Notes under the pieces: generated by a model
What the model was told of the DNA's origin: nothing
The model's input: the letters and a program-made list of their open reading frames with translations, nothing else
The model's database searches: none
In this document: piece after piece, positions 51,061-63,640 of the stretch
Layout of the letters: each line of letters starts with the position of its first letter
Position numbering within the stretch: position 1 is the first letter of the stretch
Position numbers and translations under genes: made by a program
DNA from: Camelus dromedarius
Lineage: Eukaryota
DNA: 64,000 nt
Assembly: GCF_036321535.1 (NCBI RefSeq)
Contig: NC_087437.1
Span: forward strand, 2,976,001 to 3,040,000
Reading direction: 5' to 3'

Positions 51061-53624
51061 GAGGTTCCCCTACAAGGGGCTTGTCTTTCTGACCCACTCC
51101 TCTGGGAGAGGTGGGGTATGTATCAGAGGAGCATGAGCTCATCTCCTGAGGTCTGTTCCAGCTCTGATGCTCACACATAGTCTCCTGGCTTAGGTTCTCT
51201 TTGTGTGCATAAGCATTCCTGCCGGTGGTGGATTAAAATCACATACACACACACACACACAGAGAAAACCCTTGGACAATCTTATTTCTCATCCTGTAGT
51301 GGTGGGAAATGGTACTGTTGTAACCTTTCAACTCTAATATGATACAGCATAGATCTGTCTTGATGCAGCATGGCTCAGTAGAACCACCCCAGGATGAGGA
51401 GTTAGGGGACTTTTGTGGAGCCTTGACTCAGTCCCTTACTATTTGTGTAGCTCTGTAAGGAGCAAAATTTCCCTGAGTCTCCACTGAATGGGAAGAATTA
51501 CTTGCCTAGTGAAATCGTTGTGGTGAGGAGCACAAGGAATAGTGCTTTGAAAAGGGGTTGTCTGGGATGCTGAGGTGATAAACCGTGGTCGTGGTATAAA
51601 AAAAATGAAACCTTATGAAAGTAAACCTCCCCCTACCCCAGACTCCTGACCCCAGCCTTCCTCCCCAGAGGCTCTGTTAGTGATAGAGAATGCTGACTTG
51701 AGCACACAAGCCTTCTTAGAGGACAAAAAGATGAGACGGTTATTGCCTAGTATCCTTAACTGCCTCCTCATTTTTGTTTTTCGAATCAGTAATTTTCCAG
51801 ATTCAGGGGTTTTTGTCCTGAAGACACAGGGACTCGGAGGGCACATTAGATACACTGGCGTAAGTCAGCTGGTCCCTGGGATTCTGAGCTGCCCTCATCT
51901 TCAGGGGACACTGTGGCTGCAGCTGCTCTGTTTTCTACTGGAACAAAGCGTTGGTATTAGCCTCTCCGACACCCTCGGACAGGAAGGAGAAGAATCCAGG
52001 GCAGATACCTGTGTAACTGCATTCTTCCTTGTTCTCAAATCCAGGGATGATCCTCTCCAACTGGGGGATGGAAACGTCTTTGCCCTTGGCATGTCCAGCA
52101 CTTTATGAACCAAGTTCTACTCATTTGCAACATGTTGGTTTTCAGTTACTGAACAAATTATGAGGGTAAATGTTTAGGGGGGAAGACTTTGGAATTGCAA
52201 GGATTTACTGCATGTTTTGAACTTTAAAGAGCATTTTCTCCCCTGTAAATTAGGATTACTTGTGATCCTTCTAGAACAACTCCAAGGATGAATGTTACAG
52301 AAGAAGGGGAACAGGGGAGAGCAGAAGGAATGAGAGAACACTACCCTTTAAAAAAAAATAGTGGTGACAGCTAATTTTTTTTCCCCACCCAGCAATGTGT
52401 CTTAGAGGTCTCTTTATATCAGCATCCACAAGTCTAATTTATCCTTTGTCATAGCTGCATAGTATGGATAAGTTATCATCTATTTCTGCCTCCTCCTTAT
52501 TGGTGGACATTTCAGTTCATTCATTCATTTCGACTGTTGCAAGCCATGCTGTAGTGATTGTCCTTATTTGCACACCTTATAACGTTGTGTATGCTTGTCA
52601 GATAAAATTCTGTGCTCACTGGACATACACGTCTATGAGTGCAGATATGTTTACAGGTGCTTGTGTACACACACACACATTAAAAAAGGCAATCTGCTTC
52701 CTCATTTCCTCACTTTACAAAGGACCTTAGGATGGAGACAGGTACAGACAGACAGCTCATTCATCAGGGCTGCCTGCATTTCCCCTCCATAGGTATGGAT
52801 GTCTGCGTGTTATTTCTGCAGTGAAGACACTCAGGCCTGCAGAAGTGGCCTGAGGAGGTTTCCCTGGATGCGAGACGAGTGGGCTGAGGAGGTTGGAGCC
52901 AGCGGAACGCTGGCTGGTGTAGCTCAGAGGCCTGGCTGGTGGCCATGGGAGCCCCGCTGCTCATTCTCTGTGTGCGGGGCCAGGACATCTGGGCACTGGC
53001 AGTCTCCTGCCCAAGTCACTGACCCCGAGAGGGCGGCACCCCCTCACCCCCTCAGGGCTTGTCCTGTCACCCCGTGGAACCTGCGTGTCTATCTCCATTT
53101 CCCGCTGGATGAGTGCCCTGTTGTTTAGTTTTTCTCCTCACGACCTTGACTGGGTTCCCCTGACTTCCGCATTCAGAGCTGAAAGTGACCTTTAAACACC
53201 ATCCCGTTCCACCTCTAGGACCTAGTTAAAGTTTGACTGGAAGTCCTGTCTTGCAGGAGAGGTCTTTGTCAGCTTCTCTGAGACCCCAATCTCAATTTGC
53301 TGATGCTTTCAAAATCATTGCTAAAAGATAGTGCTATAACCCTTGAGGGGAAAATGATGGTTCTCTGTCTTTCTGTCTCTCACATCCCTCTTGAAGATGC
53401 TGAGGTGGCAGGGAAGCAAGGGGCAGACTGGCCTGGCCCTGTTAACGTAGCATGGGGAAAGGGAGGAGCCAGTGTGACCCTAGGGAATCAGACCACGTCT
53501 GAGGGGGCCCTTTTCTCTTTGGAGGCAGGAAGAGAAGATGCTTCCTGTGTCCCACTTCCTGGGGAGCAGGTCCTCTATCAGAGTCATGGGTTGAAGCTAG
53601 GAAGTCGAGATGTCTGCATTTGAA

Positions 53625-53747
53625 TGCATGTGCTATAAATGTGTGTACGTGTGCATGCACACTGTATGTATATGTGTACACAGGGCACGTATATGTGTAG
53701 ATGTGTATAAATGTGGGTGTGTACACACACACACACACACATACACA
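53625..53747. repeat. Alternating purine-pyrimidine (TG/CA) tract
   Basis: Imperfect (TG)n switching to (CA)n around gtgtgtacacac. Confidence 0.8.
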
Positions 53748-54354
53748 GAGATTGTACAGCGTACAATGAGAAGATAAGGACTCTCTCAAACCTCTCCTAG
53801 GCAGAGAAAAGAAACAGCTGTATTAACAAGATGTGAGAACAGAAAGTTCTGACAAAAGCCAGGGTGTTTTTCTTCCTAAAGCGAAAGATCTTCCACAGAA
53901 CAGAGTCTCTCCAAATACCCTCTTTATACCACAGCTGGATTTTAATGACAGCCCTTCACCGGTCTGTTTGCGTGGGGGCATAGCCACTGACTCTGGTTGC
54001 CATGGTAATTCAAAGCCACTGGTCTGCTCTGTAGTTTGGGATAATATATTTCAAATAGTCAGGGTAGAGAGCCTGGAGATTGCACATTTGTGGCTTGGGA
54101 CCTCACTAATCTGCGCTGAATTCTTGAGGTAAAAAATAAAAATCGGTGCTACGCTCTGTGAGCCAATTTCTTTTGACGAGATAAGTGCTCATGACTTGTC
54201 TGCTCTTCCTGGATACTTGTTGACTAGGTATTTGGATTAAGGTGGCCCTAGAGATGAACATTCACATTCATTCCGTCACTGTTGTAACTGCTCAGAACAC
54301 TCCTCCCGGATTTCTCTGCAGTAGACGTACATGTGGGGAGAAGTTGTTCCATTT

Positions 54355-54580
54355 AGTGGGTTGAAGGTGTTGACTCTGGTGTCACACTGCCTAGGTTTGA
54401 ACCCCAGCTCTGCCACTTACTGGCTGGGAGACCTTGAGAACATTACTTAAACTTCAGCTTTCTTGTCTGCCAGTGGCGATGATAGTGGTCTCTATTATCA
54501 TTTAAGGCTGTCCTGAAGAACAAATAATTGATGTGTGTCAGGCACGTAGAACTGTGCCTGGTCTGTACTCGGGGCTGCGT
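54355..54580 (+). mobile_element. MIR SINE
   Basis: ctgcctaggtttgaaccccagctctgccacttactggctgggagaccttgag...tagaactgtgcctgg. Confidence 0.85.
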
Positions 54581-55030
54581 GATGTAGGTATCATCATCGT
54601 CATCATCACTTATTTCTGTTATTATTTTTACTTTTTATTCTTGGTGGGAAAGAATTGGCATTTTTTCCATCCTGCACTTGGGCTCTGGGGAAGAAAAATA
54701 CAGTAAAGTCCATAGAACGGAGTATGAGTAGGAGTTTGAAATCACAGGAATTCTTTTGAAATCACCTAAAAATCTTCTTGAACACATCTGGGTACCTCCA
54801 GCCTTTGCTTTCTTCTGCTGAACTCAGGTTTTGGGAGCTGTTAGAGTAGCCGTGATTCCACTGATCGCTTGTATGAAATGACTTTTCTCGAAGCCATGCT
54901 CTGCTGTTACAGCCAGTTGGAGCTTTGGAGCCAGAGGGTGTGAGTTAGGGAGGGTGTGCACCTGTGAGGGGGGAGATGGGACTAAACCTGAGTTGTGTTG
55001 TGGGCCTGTGTTGTTTCTAATTCTCTTTTT

Positions 55031-55074
55031 ATTCATTCATTCATTCATTCATTCATTCATTCATTCATTCATTC
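55031..55074 (+). repeat. (ATTC)11 tetranucleotide microsatellite
   Basis: Perfect ATTC repeat at the L1 tail position. Confidence 0.95.
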
Positions 55075-55385
55075 ATATTGCGATATATCAGTTTACAATG
55101 TGTCAGTTTCTGGTGTACAGCATAATTCTTCAGTCATACATGAATATACACATATTTATTTTCATATTCTTTTTCACTGTAAGCTACTACAAAATATTGA
55201 ATATATTTCCCTGTGCTATACAGTGTAAACTTGTTTATCTGTTTTATATATGCCAGTCAGTATCTGTGAATCTTGAAGTCCCAGTTTATCCCTTCCCACT
55301 CCCCACCCCCCTGGCAACCACAAGTCTGTATTCTGTGTGTGTAAGTCTGTTTCTGCTTTATATATAAGTTCGTTTACCATTTTTT
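55031..55385 (-). mobile_element. L1 3' end with (GAAT)n tail and 17-bp TSD
   Basis: Same family as 15230 and 35330; TSD TTTCTAATTCTCTTTTT (55014-55030) / TTCCTAATTCCCTTTTT (55386-55402). Confidence 0.9.
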
Positions 55386-58300
55386 TTCCTAATTCCCTTT
55401 TTAAAAAGTCTGTGAGGAAGCTGGAGTCCAGGGAAGACTACGAGCAGGACTCATTGTGTTAGTGCTTTATTGCCAGGCTTTCTCAGAAATCCGTGACCTC
55501 AGAGCAGTGCAGCCGGGATGAGTCCCCCAGAAACATCTCACCCAGCCTTCCCTCTGTGGAGGAGGAGGCAGGCCCCTGTCAGTGATGGCCTGGACTGGGG
55601 CAGGGGCAGGGCCCAGGTCACTGTGGCTGAATCCAAGCTGCCTTCAGACAGAGAACTGTTCATGGTGTGAGCCCTCAGTGCCTTTTGGCCGCCTCCTGCT
55701 GTCCTCTCTTCAGATCCTGCTCTTGGCTGTAGGAATGGCCTCTTGGTCCTTTGACCCTGTTGGAGGATTCTTCTCAGAGGCTTGGGATGTCCTCTGCTCC
55801 TTGACAGCAGCAGCTTCTTGTGGGGTGCTTCAGTGGGGTTCTCCTGGGGATTCCGACAGGAAAGCCTAGTATTCTTTGTCCCCAGTGATGCCACCTGTTT
55901 ATTTAAAAGGGAACCAAAGGTTCCTGGGGACTGTCGCTGGGTCTAGCTCCGTGCACTTGCTTTGGCTCCCACAAAGAATCTCTGATTCTGAGTGCTGTGA
56001 TGAGGCTCCGAGCTGGCCAACTGAGCTTGGGGCGCTCACCACGCAGAGAGCTGTAGGCTCTTCTGTCCCACTGGAGTGTGTCTTGTTGGTGGCAGTGAGG
56101 CCTTTGTTTGCCAAGGGAGTGTTAGCGTGTAACCCTTAGTCTTTTTATTGACTTTAAAGTCTCTGAGAGCAGTGTTTACCGTCCTCTGAGAGGATCGCTG
56201 TTTCTTTTTGTTTTGTGTTTTCTTTTATTAAAATCTCCCTAGGATAGAAAGATAAGAGATTTCTTTAATCCCAATTCTCACCTTTGGTTGTCATGTGCAT
56301 TTTCTTTTCTTAAGTAAATGTGCTTTGCTAGTTTCATCCATTTCTTCATCTCTCTGTTATTGCACAAACATGCATTAAACATCTACCACGTGACAGGCAC
56401 AGAGCTAAGTGAGGAGGCTTGAAGGCAGAGCCGAGCCCATCCTGGGTCACGAGGAGCCCACAGGTGAGAGGGTGGTTCTGCCGTGTGCTCACCAGACAGT
56501 GGTTCACAAGTGTTTGGTAAGTTATGTTGATTCCAACAGTCAAAACTAAAATTTGGGGATTACTTGGCAGGGTATTTCAGGTCTGTAGTCTAACTCGGAA
56601 TATTTCATATCATCCAGTCCAAGTGAGAAAATACTTCAGATCTGTCTGTTGCTGATCAGCTTTTTGCTGCTGTTACTTTTGGACATAGGGTCATTTCAAG
56701 AAGTAAATTCAGTAGTAATTTCCTCATTGATCTCTTATTTAAAATATTTTGATGTTAAATTAAAAAATTAATTTAAGGGATGTCCCCTGGGTCCAAGGAC
56801 ATTTTTCAGTGAACTGTCTGCCCAGATTAGTACTCCCTGCCATGCTTAGAATGAAGAGGTGTATTTGCTGGGTGAATGAATGAGTGACCAAGGAGTGAAG
56901 CTAGGTTTGGCCAGTTGGAAAGGAGGTGGTTAATGGACTGAGAAACGTTTTGGAAGCAGAGTATGTGGGAGGACTTGGTGAGGTGTGTGCATGGCAGTCC
57001 TTGTCTGAGTAGGGAAAAGGGAGAGATACATGGAAAATTGCTGTGGGCACTTAGTTTAGTTGTGCGACTCTTGGTGCTGCTCCTCTTTCACCTGCTGATC
57101 TCTCTTTAAGGCCGTGGTTTGTGGACTGTAATGAGGGGCCACACATCCCCTTCAGTCCTACCTTATCTGCCTGCAGTCCACTGGGTTTGGATCTTGAGAG
57201 TCAGGGCTGGACGACAGAGGAGGGAGGAAGGGAGGAGACCTTTGGAGAAGCATGATGTGCCTTCTCTAATGAGGTGGTACACTGAGTGCGTGTAATCTCT
57301 TCCTTTCAGCCAGAGATCCTGGCTGAACATTTAGGTCATTGGAAAGGGTGTCATTCAGCCCATCACTGTGTAAGTGGCCCGATTCTGTTTCCTTTGGCCT
57401 GTGACAGTGCATATCGGCTGAGCGTGACTTTGGCTGGATCCCTGGGTCAGGCCGTATTACCTGTTTGTTCCTCACAGCAAAATGGGAGTTAACCAGAATG
57501 ACCAGTTCTTAACCAGTGATGAAAGTGAGGCTCAGAGTGACTTAAGTGACTTGCTTCGAGTCACAGAGGAGCTCCTGAAATTCAGTCCTTTAGGATGTAA
57601 GGAAATGTAAATTCTTATGCAGCACCATGAAATGATTCCTTAGAAAAAAATCATTCTGTGAGTCATAGTGACTCTGAAGTGTTTTTTGGTTGTGGTGATT
57701 CTCTCTCTGCAAAAGCGCGCTCACGTGGAACAGAGTGCCCTGGATGAAGACCCGGGTGGTCACGGTTTTAGCCCCAGTTCTGCCCTAACGACCTACCTCT
57801 GTGGCCGGAGGACAGTCATGGAGCACTTTTGGACTCTGTGTCCGTGACATCTCTGAGTTTGTCGTGCCTGCCTCTGAAGTTTTCTCTAAAAATCAAAATT
57901 AAATCATGGTAATGAGGCCAGACGGTTTGAACTCAGCTCTGTGGATTAGAAGGTAAATAAAATATTGCATGAAAACAATGTCGGAAGATAGTCTGAGCAT
58001 TTTTCCAAAGCAGTGAGGGTTTCTGAACTAACAGGGCTATACATTGTGCTGTACAGCAGTCACGTGTGCTCTCTCTCCCTCTCATGCCTCACGCAGCCTA
58101 AGCTCAGGCTCACGATTCTTCTCTTTCTAAGGCTGTTTTTGAGTCATTGGCATGACCTGAGTCTTTAGAAGCACCACGCGGTATGACATATTACTTGAAC
58201 TTGCTGTTGGGTTTTAGCATTCAGAAGATGTATTTCTTAAAATAATGGGGTTAGTCATTCAAAAGAAGGAAGGTTCTTTCAGGCGTTCATATTCAAAGCT

Positions 58301-58999
58301 CACTGTCATTGTACTTCAGGACCCTGTATGACATTTTAATTTAGGTGCTTTGCATATGGGTTGGGGGGGTGGGAGAGGGGAGCAGAGGACCCCCCTGAAT
58401 TTCACCTGAGAATGGAAAACCTCTGTAACTTGCATTATTTTTCAGAGGCACCATCGAGCTTCGGTGGTACAGGCAGTTACCCAAGTAAGTTAGGCCGTGT
58501 GGAGGAGAGGTTTTTTTTAATCGGGCATTTCAGTTTCCCCCTTTCCACAGTCTGATGGTGTGTTGCACAGTTGCAGGAGTGAGGATGTCTGGGAAGCTGG
58601 TGGCTGTGCCTCGGGGCCATCCCTGACTCTGAGCCACTCAGGCACGTTGGCACCTTGGTGACTGATGGTCTGTTCTGAGGGGTCAGGGTTGAGTTCCTGA
58701 GTTTTCACCCACGGATTTGGATTAGAAACAGCCTGCCTTTTCTCTCTCACCCTCTGGTCCCCCTGCTGCCTAGACGTTGCAGAACTTCACAGAGTCATTT
58801 CCCTGTTATTTGATGTTTCTGGTCTCTTTGGGGCCAGTGATAACTGGTCCCTGTGGAACCCTGGGCTCGTTAACCCCAGTCCCTCCAACCTTCTTTGCTG
58901 CCTCGCTGGCTGTGTGGTTTCCATCAGCAGGCCTTGCCTGACTCACAGCCTGTGGCCATGTGGATCCAGGTGTCATTCATGGGGCCTCCACTGCTCTAG

Positions 59000-59520
59000 A
59001 GACCCTACAAGTGCCAGGGGTACTTATACTAACTCCGTTTTACATGTAGGAGAATTAAAGCTAAGAGAGGTATGCAGATTGTCAGAGGCCACCCAGCTGG
59101 TACCGAGCGGAGCTAGAGCGTCATTCCAGGGATCTGATTGCGATGGAACCGTGGTTCTCCGGCATCACGTGTGTCAGGATTCCCTGGAGGGCTTGCTGAA
59201 CGAGTTTCCTGGGCCTGACCCCATTTCTGAGTCAGCAGGTCTGGAGAGGGGACTGGAAATTTACATTTCTAGCGTGTTCCCGTGTGATGCCCATGCAGTT
59301 GGTCTAAGTACCCCACTGAGGAAAAAAAATGCACAGAAATGGATTTCTAGAGTTAGTCTACCTAGGTCTGAATACAGGCCCCATTACTAACTCAGGGCAA
59401 ACACTGGGGCATCACTTGGTCTCTGAATTACTTATTGCTCACCTGTACCTGCCTCACAGAGATGCAGTGAGGATTGCGGGAAATAAAGCATTCCAGATGC
59501 TTCACGCAGTGCCTGGAGTC
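59000..59520. mobile_element. MIR(-), MER5A-like and MIR(+) cluster
   Basis: ccgttttacatgtaggagaattaaagctaagagagg; atttacatttctagcgtgttcccgtgtgatgcccatgcag; ctctgaattacttattgctcacctgta...gtgaggatt. Confidence 0.6.
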
Positions 59521-59875
59521 TTTAAAGTGTCATATTGGTGTCGTTCCTACCCAGCTGCACTGCCGAGGCCCTGCTGTTCTTTCTCCTGCTCCTGTGTTCT
59601 GTTTTTGAAGCCGATTGTTGGCCGCTACGCCGGTGCTGTTTTCTTGTGGATTCTGAGGTGTTCTTTCCCTCCTCCTTCAGCAGCTGTTGCCCCAGCTCTC
59701 ACCTTCCTCCTTCCACCTCAAAGTGAGGTGTTCAGAAGCTTCCATCTCCATGTGGGTAGGGTGGCACTTTCTCCACCTCAACTGCATCTCCCGCTGCCCT
59801 CTGACTCATCCACCTGCCAGCACAGAGGGTGCAGGAGAATTGTTTGATTTCAGAATTCTCCTGGAATAAGCTCCT

Positions 59876-59939
59876 TGAAGACAGGGGCTGTGGGCAGCAG
59901 ATCTTTGTGAAAACAGGGGTTGTGGGCAGCAGATCTTTG
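59876..59939 (+). repeat. 32-bp tandem duplication
   Basis: TGAAGACAGGGGCTGTGGGCAGCAGATCTTTG / TGAAAACAGGGGTTGTGGGCAGCAGATCTTTG (2 mismatches). Confidence 0.9.
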
Positions 59940-60776
59940 ACTATCTGTGATGCCTTCCCCCCGTTAGCAGGACCCCCCCCCAACAAGTGAGTGAATAACT
60001 GGGGGAGGGAGTCAGAAGGGCGTGAGGTCAGAAAGCTCAGCTACCTGGGGTGCATTATTTCCCTGTTACCGGTTTTGCTTTCCTCAGTGAAAGGCTTGAA
60101 TTACAATTAAAAAAAATTAAATACATGTCTTTTCTGTTCTACCTGCATACTCCCCAGGTCACTATTTCCCGTTCAGTTGTTTGACGATAATGCTGATAAT
60201 TGAAGGCTCGGTCCTGCTCCTCTTAGCTCATTTTGCTCTGAGGGTCTCCTTCTTGTGTCCCCGGTGCTGAATGGAATGCAGGACATGCTAGTGAGCACTG
60301 TGGGGACTTGTCTTTTTCAAAATCCCCATTACTCAACTAAAGGAGCAGTTGTGTTTGTCCCAGGATCAGGCTGACAGGCGTGGGTGCATCATTTTTCTTT
60401 GGTAAAGTTTGCATTTTTTCGGTTCACAGGATGCCCTAGATGTATTTTGACACTCGAAGGCTCCAGTGGGGACGGGCTCTGAGAGCAGTTCTAGGTGTCA
60501 GCAGTCTCTCCCTGAGTCTGATGTTGGGCTGTTTTGCATCCCAGCTCAGTCTAAGTAGGACAGGGCATTGCACTCAGAGAGACTCACAGAGGATTCTTTG
60601 CATGCAGGATGATCTAACACCCCATCCTGGACCACTGCCACTACAGAAAACAAGAATGACCGTTAAAATGTTTTATAACACGTTTTCTTCCTGATGACAA
60701 AAGTATCATCATGTTCATGATAAAATATATATGTGAAATTTTAATGAAATCTATAACAAGATTAAAACTTCGGGAT

Positions 60777-60882
60777 GCGGTGGAGTATAACATAGTGGTA
60801 GAGCGCATGCCTAGCATACATGAGGTCTTGGGTTCAATCCCCAGTGCCTCTACTAACAAAAACAAACAGACAAAAATCCCAC
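60777..60882 (+). mobile_element. tRNA-Ala(AGC)-derived SINE (camelid Vic-1-like)
   Basis: gtataacatagtggtagagcgcatgcctagcatacatgaggtcttgggttcaatccccagtgcctc: degenerate A box, B box GGTTCAATCC, A-rich tail; diverged TSD AAAACTTCGGGAT / AATACTTTGAGAT. Confidence 0.85.
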
Positions 60883-61841
60883 AATACTTTGAGATACATA
60901 CTACTAATCTTTTCTTTATCTTTCTCTCTTCCTCTCTCTCCCTCCTTTTGCCTCCCTCTCTTCCCACTTGCAAACAGAATTAAACTATAGAATATATAGC
61001 TTTTTCTCACCAGCCAACCTGAAGTATTTTCTTATGATCTCTCTAAGTATTCTTCAGGAATATAATTTTCATTGGCTATATGGTGTTCAGTTGGGTGGGT
61101 TAAAACAACCTCAGTTTATTTTTTGATATTTATATTGTTTTCAAAATTATTGGTATTATAGTAAATATTGTATTGAACTTCCATTCCTATGAATAAATTT
61201 TGTATACATTTACGATAATTTCAGTACATTAAAAAAACTACATTAAAGGGAAATTTTACTGGATCATAGGGCATGAGTCTGTTTTGCTGTCCCATAAATT
61301 TCAGACTACATTTTTTTTGCAAACATTTTAACCCTCAAGATTAATTATTGACTGAAAATGACATAGAAAACTGCAGTGAGCCAATATCCATGAAAGAAAT
61401 GGACTTGGTAGTTTAAAATGTGCCTCCACCAAGTCTGCATCTCTCAAGTACAAGAGGTACGTCAGGCCAATAAACTTTGAGCGTAAGTTTCATTAAACTT
61501 CAGTGAACTGGTAATCTCTACCTTATGCATATTTCAGAGAAAAATAAAAGAAAATCTATAGTTTTTTTTTTTTAGCTCTTATTCCCTTGATACTAAAACC
61601 AGATACTGACAGTTAAAGAAAAGGCTATTATAGACTAATCTCATTTAGGATCATAAATGAGTAATTCCTAAATAAAATGCTAGCACATGAAGTCCATTAT
61701 GTTAGAAGTACATCATGGCCAAGAAGAATTTATTGCTGAGGGTGAAGGATGGATCTGTATCAGTCTATGTACCAGTATATATCACCATACTAATATCTGA
61801 AAGAAATTAAAAGAGAAAAATGTTTTCATGGTCTCAATAGA

Positions 61842-62394
61842 TGTGATAGGTTTTAGCCTGAGCACTGTAGGCTGGCTCTGCTGGAAAACAGAGCCTGGGA
61901 CACAGATGACAGTGTTGACACTGAGAGGGGCAAGTCTTAACAGGGAGAGTGAGGAACATAGTTGGTGTCAGGCAAGGAAGGCTGTGAAGCAGTTGTGATG
62001 CTGTATTGGCCACAACTTCCAAACGTGTCGCAAAGACATTCCCTTAGCTCTCAGGAATTTACACGAAAGGTTTGCAAGAGGAAGGTTCACAGTGGAGCAG
62101 TTCACAGAGGGGCCTTCTAGGGGGGAATTTATCTGCCTGGTTCCCTCTTGACTTTTGTTTCCCATTGGTCAAGATTTATCCCACAGAGACCTAATACTTT
62201 TATGCATCTGACAAGGTGGTGAGTACTAAAAAAGCCAGATGCTAAGCCCTGTTGTGTGGCATTCCATCCAAGTCCAAAAGCAGAGGTGGGGGGATTCAGC
62301 TGGTTGTAGTACGAACCAGGAGGAAGGAAGGCAGTTGGGGGAAACAGGAGGTACACACAAAACTTACATGCAATCCAGGAAAAACATTGTGACA
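61842..62394. mobile_element. Probable ERVL/MaLR-type LTR nested in the L1
   Basis: GC-richer block bounded by TGT...ACA that interrupts A-rich L1 sequence; family not identified. Confidence 0.35.
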
Positions 62395-62899
62395 TGACAC
62401 TGATGATAAAAAATTAAAAAAAAAAAAAAAAAGAAAATCTCTCAACCAACGAAAAAAAGAAATTAGATAACATGATCGATACATCTATCCAAAAGCTCTG
62501 GTAAATTTCATATTTTAAAAATGTAGAGATAGTCCCATTAAATCAGGTACAAGACAAGGATGCCCACTTTTGCTGCTACTCTTCTACCTTGTACTAGAGA
62601 TTCTAGCCTTATCACTCAAAAAACCAAAACCAAAAGTAAAAACCCCATAACGTAGTCACATTGCTTATAAGTGAGACAAAAGCATGCAATTTCTAGCTGG
62701 TGGCCATGCACTCAGCTAAAGCTGGTGTGTGTATTGGGAGAGGGCCTTTTACCAAAATGAAAATAGGGCAAGTAGATGCTGGGATTATAATTAGTAATTT
62801 CTGCTACATCTGTATGGGGAGAAACCATCTATAGGCAGTAATCAAAAAATAGTGAGAGCTCAGTGTTTCCAGGTAGAACATTAACATAAAACCTTAAGT

Positions 62900-63640
62900 A
62901 GTATGGGAATGTAAATTGGTATAGCATTGTGGAAAGTAGTATGGAGGTTCCTCAATAAATTGAAGTTAAAGCCACCATATGATCCAGCAATCCCACTTCT
63001 GGGTATACATCCAAAGGAAACAGAATCACTATCTTCAAGACTTATCTGCACCCCCATGTTCATTGCAGCATTGCATACAATAGCCAAAACATGGAAACCA
63101 CCATGGTCTTGTGTCCATCAGCAGAACAGATAAAGAAAATGTGACAGACACATATAGATGACCATTATTCAGCCATAAAAAGAAGGAAATCCTGCCATGT
63201 GTGATAATGTGGGCGGACCTTGATGGCATTATGCCAGGTGAACAGAAAATGGCAGATACTGTCTAATCTCACTTATATGTGGAATCTTCAAAAAAAAAAA
63301 AAAGAACTAGAAACAGAACAGATGGGTGATTGCCAGAGATGGAGGTGGGAGAATCAGTGAAGGTGGTCAAAATGTACAGACTTCCAGTTATTAGATAAAT
63401 AAATTCTGGGGATGACATGTACAGCATAGTGACTGTAGTTAACAATACTGTATGATATATTTGAAAATCACTAATAGAGTAGATCTTAAAAGTTCTCATC
63501 ATGAGACAAAAAATTCTGTGTGGTGGTAGATGCTAACTTAGTGTGGTGATCGTTTGGCAATAAAGGCACATAACAAATCATTATGTTGTACATCTTAAAC
63601 TAATACAATGCTTATGCCAATTATATCTCAATAAAACCAG
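62900..63640 (+). mobile_element. L1MA/L1MB-like 3' end nested in the older L1
   Basis: gggaatgtaaattggt...ccatatgatccagcaatcccacttctgggtat...atgttcattgcagcatt...agtagatcttaaaagttctcatca...caattatatctcaataaa. Confidence 0.9.

Noticed and set aside
58446..58484. 39-nt micro-exon (ttttcag| ... CAA|GTAAGT)
   Set aside because: Such site pairs occur often by chance in long introns; no recognisable coding content.
60777..60855. Functional tRNA-Ala gene
   Set aside because: Mutated A box and stems, an A-rich tail and a TSD indicate a SINE copy.
62881..63502. ORFs resembling the L1 ORF2 C-terminus
   Set aside because: Fragmented retrotransposon remnant, not a host gene.
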